Shown: in pieces, positions 25,925 through 30,320 of the stretch
Numbering within the stretch: position 1 is the stretch's first letter
How the letters are laid out: each line of letters starts with the position of its first letter
Source of the DNA: a virus
Lineage: Duplodnaviria; Heunggongvirae; Uroviricota; Caudoviricetes
Reading direction: 5' to 3' (one strand)
Length of the DNA stretch: 30,320 nucleotides
IMG/VR virus record: IMGVR_UViG_2534681626_000018
Notes under the pieces: model-generated
What the model saw: the letters and a program-made list of their open reading frames with translations, nothing else
Databases searched by the model: none
Told to the model about the DNA's origin: nothing
Translations under genes and position numbers: made by a program

Positions 25925-28364
25925 CAATGTAAAATTACAGGTATTGCTCAGGGCTGTTGACCAGGCATCCCGCCCGTTTAAATCCATCCGCACAGCGAGC
26001 AAATCGCTGTCGGGGGATATCCGGGAAACACAAAAATCACTGCGCGAGCTGAACGGTCACGCATCCCGTATTGAGGGATTTCGCAAGACCAGCGCACAGC
26101 TCGCCGGGACTGGTCATGCACTTGAAAAGGCACGGCAGGAGGCCGAAGCCCTTGCCACACAGTTTAAAAACACTGAACGTCCGACCCGTGCTCAGGCGAA
26201 AGTGCTGGAATCCGCAAAGCGTGCGGCGGAGGACTTACAGGCGAAATATAACCGCCTGACGGATTCCGTTAAGCGCCAGCAGCGGGAACTGGCCGCTGTG
26301 GGAATTAATACCCGCAATCTTGCACATGATGAGCAGGGACTGAAAAACCGTATCAGTGAAACCACCGCACAGCTTAACCGGCAGCGTGACGCGCTGGCGC
26401 GTGTCAGTGCGCAACAGGCAAAACTTAATGCAGTAAAACAGCGTTATCAGGCCGGAAAGGAACTGGCCGGAAATATGGCCTCGGTGGGCGCTGCCGGTGT
26501 GGGGATTGCGGCGGCGGGAACGATGGCCGGAGTTAAGTTGCTGATGCCCGGTTATGAGTTTGCGCAGAAAAACTCAGAATTGCAGGCCGTGCTCGGAGTG
26601 GCAAAAGACTCCGCCGAAATGACCGCACTACGCAAACAGGCGCGCCAGCTCGGCGACAATACCGCCGCCTCGGCGGATGATGCGGCCGGTGCACAGATAA
26701 TCATCGCGAAAGCGGGTGGGGATGTTGATGCCATTCAGGCGGCAACGCCGGTCACGCTGAATATGGCGCTGGCGAACCGCCGCACGATGGAAGAAAACGC
26801 CGCCCTGCTGATGGGGATGAAATCCGCCTTTCAGCTTTCAAACGATAAGGTCGCTCATATCGGGGATGTTCTCTCCATGACGATGAACAAAACCGCCGCC
26901 GATTTTGACGGCATGAGTGATGCGCTGACCTATGCCGCACCTGTGGCAAAAAATGCCGGTGTCAGCATTGAAGAAACCGCCGCAATGGTCGGGGCGCTGC
27001 ATGATGCAAAAATCACAGGCTCAATGGCGGGGACGGGAAGCCGTGCCGTGTTAAGCCGCCTGCAGGCACCGACGGGAAAAGCATGGGATGCACTCAAAGA
27101 GCTTGGAGTGAAAACCTCAGACAGCAAAGGAAACACCCGGCCAATATTTACCATTCTGAAAGAAATGCAGGCCAGTTTTGAGAAAAACCGGCTCGGTACT
27201 GCCCAGCAGGCTGAATACATGAAAACTATTTTCGGGGAGGAGGCCAGCTCAGCCGCCGCCGTGCTGATGACTGCCGCCTCAACCGGAAAGCTGGACAAAC
27301 TGACCGCTGCGTTTAAAGCCTCAGACGGGAAGACCGCCGAGCTGGTAAATATCATGCAGGATAACCTCGGCGGTGACTTTAAGGAGTTTCAGTCCGCTTA
27401 TGAGGCGGTGGGGACAGACCTGTTTGACCAGCAGGAAGGCGCACTGCGTAAGCTCACTCAGACGGCCACAAAGTATGTGTTAAAACTCGACGGCTGGATC
27501 CAGAAAAACAAATCACTGGCGTCAACCATCGGCCTCATTGTCGGTGGCGCGCTGGCGCTTATTGGCATCATCGGTGCCATTGGTCTTGTAGCCTGGCCGG
27601 TTATCACCGGCATCAATGCCATTATCGCGGCAGCAGGCGCAATGGGGGCAATCTTCATGACGGTTGGCAGTGCTGTTATGACGGCCATCGGGGCGATTAG
27701 CTGGCCGGTTGTGGCCGTGGTGGCCGCCATTGTCTCCGGGGCGTTGCTTATCCGTAAATACTGGGAGCCTGTCAGCGCATTCTTTGGCGGTGTGGTTGAA
27801 GGGCTGAAAACGGCATTTGCGCCGGTGGGGGAACTTTTCACGCCACTTAAGCCGGTGTTTGACTGGCTGGGCGAAAAGTTACAGGCCGCGTGGCAGTGGT
27901 TTACAAACCTGATTGCCCCGGTTAAAGCCACACAGGACACCATGAACCGTTGCCGTGACACGGGCGTCATGTTCGGGCAGGCGCTGGCTGACGCGCTGAT
28001 GCTGCCGCTTAATGCGTTCAACAAACTGCGCAGCGGTATTGACTGGGTACTGGAAAAACTCGGTGTTATCAACAAAGAGTCAGACACACTTGACCAGACC
28101 GCCGCAAGGACTCATGCCGCCACGTATGGCACCGGTGGTTACATTCCGGCGACCAGCTCTTATGCAGGCTATCAGGCTTATCAGCCGGTCACGGCACCGG
28201 CTGGCCGCTCTTATGTGGACCAGAGGAAAAACGAATATCACATCAGCCTGACGGGTGGTACTGCGCCGGGGACACAGCTTGACCGCCAGTTACAGGATGC
28301 GCTCGAAAAATACGAGCGGGATAAACGTGCGCGCGCCCGTGCCAGCATGATGCATGACGGTTAA
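25917..28364 (+). CDS. T: Tail tape-measure protein T
   Basis: 815 aa, alanine/glycine-rich with internal hydrophobic segments; same length as P2 T. Confidence 0.9.
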   Translation: MSNNVKLQVLLRAVDQASRPFKSIRTASKSLSGDIRETQKSLRELNGHASRIEGFRKTSAQLAGTGHALEKARQEAEALATQFKNTERPTRAQAKVLESAKRAAEDLQAKYNRLTDSVKRQQRELAAVGINTRNLAHDEQGLKNRISETTAQLNRQRDALARVSAQQAKLNAVKQRYQAGKELAGNMASVGAAGVGIAAAGTMAGVKLLMPGYEFAQKNSELQAVLGVAKDSAEMTALRKQARQLGDNTAASADDAAGAQIIIAKAGGDVDAIQAATPVTLNMALANRRTMEENAALLMGMKSAFQLSNDKVAHIGDVLSMTMNKTAADFDGMSDALTYAAPVAKNAGVSIEETAAMVGALHDAKITGSMAGTGSRAVLSRLQAPTGKAWDALKELGVKTSDSKGNTRPIFTILKEMQASFEKNRLGTAQQAEYMKTIFGEEASSAAAVLMTAASTGKLDKLTAAFKASDGKTAELVNIMQDNLGGDFKEFQSAYEAVGTDLFDQQEGALRKLTQTATKYVLKLDGWIQKNKSLASTIGLIVGGALALIGIIGAIGLVAWPVITGINAIIAAAGAMGAIFMTVGSAVMTAIGAISWPVVAVVAAIVSGALLIRKYWEPVSAFFGGVVEGLKTAFAPVGELFTPLKPVFDWLGEKLQAAWQWFTNLIAPVKATQDTMNRCRDTGVMFGQALADALMLPLNAFNKLRSGIDWVLEKLGVINKESDTLDQTAARTHAATYGTGGYIPATSSYAGYQAYQPVTAPAGRSYVDQRKNEYHISLTGGTAPGTQLDRQLQDALEKYERDKRARARASMMHDG

Positions 28365-28378
28365 GGAGGTGACGAAAA

Positions 28379-28858
28379 ATGATGCTCGCGTTAGGTATGT
28401 TTGTTTTTATGCGCCAGACGCTGCCACACCAGACCATGCAGCGTGAATCAGATTATCGCTGGCCGTCAAATTCCCGTATCGGCAAACGGGATGCCTTTCA
28501 GTTTCTCGGTGTGGGTGAGGAAAACATCACGCTTGCCGGTGTGCTTTATCCTGAACTGACCGGCGGAAAGCTGACGATGACCACGCTCAGACTGATGGCA
28601 GAGGAAGGCCGGGCGTGGCCGTTGCTGGATGGCACCGGCATGATTTACGGCATGTATGTCATCAGCAGGGTGAGTGAAACAGGGAGTATTTTCTTTGCAG
28701 ACGGCACACCCCGGAAAATTGATTTTACGCTGTCGCTCACCCGCGTTGATGAATCACTGGCCGCGCTTTATGGCGATATCGGTAAACAGGCGGAATCGCT
28801 CATCGGTAAGGCTTGCAGTATGGCGACTAAATTCACGGGTATGACGGGGGCGGGATAA
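28379..28858 (+). CDS. U: Tail protein U
   Basis: 159 aa; position as P2 U. Confidence 0.85.
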   Translation: MMLALGMFVFMRQTLPHQTMQRESDYRWPSNSRIGKRDAFQFLGVGEENITLAGVLYPELTGGKLTMTTLRLMAEEGRAWPLLDGTGMIYGMYVISRVSETGSIFFADGTPRKIDFTLSLTRVDESLAALYGDIGKQAESLIGKACSMATKFTGMTGAG

Positions 28859-30021
28859 TGCTGGATGCACTGACATTTGATGCAGGCAGTACGCTGACGC
28901 CGGATTACATGCTGATGCTCGACAGCAGGGATATTACCGGCAATATCAGCGACCGTCTGATGAGTATGACCCTGACGGATAACCGGGGTTTTGAGGCTGA
29001 CCAGCTTGATATTGAACTGAACGATGCCGACGGGCAGGTCGGGCTGCCGGTTCGTGGCGCTGTCCTGACGGTGTATATCGGCTGGAAAGGTTTTGCCCTG
29101 GTATGCAAAGGGAAATTCACCGTTGATGAGGTAGAACACCGGGGCGCGCCGGATGTGGTCACCATCCGCGCCCGGAGTGCAGATTTTCGCGGGACGCTCA
29201 ATTCCCGCCGTGAAGGCTCCTGGCATGACACCACGCTCGGTGCGATTGTTGAGGCGATAGCCTCCCGTAACAGGCTGGAAGCCAGTGTCGCGCCGTCACT
29301 GGCCGGAATTAAAATCCCGCACATCGACCAGTCGCAGGAGTCTGATGCAAAATTCCTGACCCGCCTTGCTGAACGCAACGGCGGTGAGGTGTCGGTAAAA
29401 ATGGGAAAACTGTTGTTTCTCAAAGCGGGGCAGGGGGTGACGGCCAGCGGTAAAAAAATCCCGCAGGTCACCATCACCCGCAGCGACGGCGACCGTCATC
29501 ATTTTGCGATTGCTGATCGTGGAGCCTACACCGGCGTAACGGCAAAGTGGTTACACACCAAAGACCCGAAGCCGCAAAAGCAGAAGGTAAAACTGAAACG
29601 CAAAAAGAAAGAGAAACACCTGCGCGCACTGGAGCACCCGAAAGCAAAACCGGTCACGCAGAAGAAAGCGCCAAAAGTACCGGAAGCGCGCGAAGGTGAA
29701 TACATGGCCGGTGAAGCTGACAACGTTTTTGCCCTGACCACGGTATATGCCACAAAAGCGCAGGCTATGCGCGCCGCTCAGGCGAAGTGGGACAAACTGC
29801 AACGGGGCGTTGCGGAGTTCTCCATCAGCCTGGCTACTGGTCGGGCAGATATTTACACGGAAACGCCGGTCAAAGTGTCAGGCTTTAAGCGCGTCATAGA
29901 CGAGCAGGACTGGACAATCACTAAGGTGACACATTTTCTGAATAATAGCGGCTTCACGACGTCCCTGGAGCTTGAGGTCAGGCTTTCTGATGTGGAGTAC
30001 GAAACAGAAGATGATGAGTGA
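28858..30021 (+). CDS. D: Tail protein D (late-gene D)
   Basis: 387 aa; ATG overlaps the U stop; position as P2 D. Confidence 0.85.
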   Translation: MLDALTFDAGSTLTPDYMLMLDSRDITGNISDRLMSMTLTDNRGFEADQLDIELNDADGQVGLPVRGAVLTVYIGWKGFALVCKGKFTVDEVEHRGAPDVVTIRARSADFRGTLNSRREGSWHDTTLGAIVEAIASRNRLEASVAPSLAGIKIPHIDQSQESDAKFLTRLAERNGGEVSVKMGKLLFLKAGQGVTASGKKIPQVTITRSDGDRHHFAIADRGAYTGVTAKWLHTKDPKPQKQKVKLKRKKKEKHLRALEHPKAKPVTQKKAPKVPEAREGEYMAGEADNVFALTTVYATKAQAMRAAQAKWDKLQRGVAEFSISLATGRADIYTETPVKVSGFKRVIDEQDWTITKVTHFLNNSGFTTSLELEVRLSDVEYETEDDE

Positions 30022-30101
30022 TGTTTTATTTTATCTATTTGTTTTGTAAGGATAAATTAACTAAAATGGCACCATCAACAAAACCGGAAGAGGTGCTCGC
30101 G

Positions 30102-30320
30102 ATGTTTCATTGTCCTTTATGCCAGCATGCCGCACATGCGCGTACAAGCCGCTATATCACTGACACGACAAAAGAGCGTTATCACCAGTGTCAGAACGTG
30201 AATTGCAGCGCCACGTTCATCACTTATGAGTCGGTACAGCGATATATCGTGAAGCCGGGAGAAGTCCACGCCGTAAGGCCGCACCCGTTGCCATCAGGGC
30301 AGCAAATTATGTGGATGTAA
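30102..30320 (+). CDS. ogr: Late transcription activator Ogr (C4 zinc-finger)
   Basis: 72 aa from ATG 30102: MFHCPLCQHAAHARTSRYITDTTKERYHQCQNVNCSATF..., which matches P2 Ogr as I recall it; stop at the window end. Confidence 0.85.
   Translation: MFHCPLCQHAAHARTSRYITDTTKERYHQCQNVNCSATFITYESVQRYIVKPGEVHAVRPHPLPSGQQIMWM

Noticed and set aside
26930-29477. Antisense ORFs within T, U and D (27458..28087 -, 26930..27355 -, 28905..29477 -, 28768..29226 -)
   Set aside because: Embedded in long conserved tail genes; low-complexity translations; no start or Shine-Dalgarno context.
1-30320. CRISPR arrays, tRNA/tmRNA genes, insertion sequences, att core repeats
   Set aside because: No regularly spaced direct repeats, no cloverleaf-like tRNA sequence, no transposase ORF or terminal inverted repeats, and no integration-site repeat seen inside the window; the attachment sites are presumably just beyond both ends.

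Overview
The whole 30.3 kb window is a P2-like (Peduovirus-type) temperate prophage of an enterobacterial host, laid out in prophage order: int - C - cox - B - small early ORFs - A - [cargo] - cos - Q P | O N M L X - lysis (Y K lysA lysB lysC) - R S V W J I H - [invertible tail-fibre segment + invertase] - FI FII E/E' T U D - ogr. All essential modules look intact and the int stop codon sits at position 1, so attL/attR lie outside the window. Two accessory insertions stand out. (1) At the A-cos position where P2 itself carries tin/old, there is a low-GC cargo island (about 6.7-8.4 kb) encoding two membrane-anchored proteins with no domain I can recognise, preceded by an ASCH/DUF3850-like gene; this is the best candidate for an undescribed phage-exclusion system. 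(2) Where P2 has G and Z/fun, there is a Hin/Gin-type serine invertase next to a 1.7 kb invertible tail-fibre segment bounded by 26-bp hix/gix-like sites; inversion would swap the H C-terminus in frame for an alternative tip and its chaperone. All calls rest on reading the supplied ORF translations and the DNA by eye and on recalled P2 biology; no database search was run.
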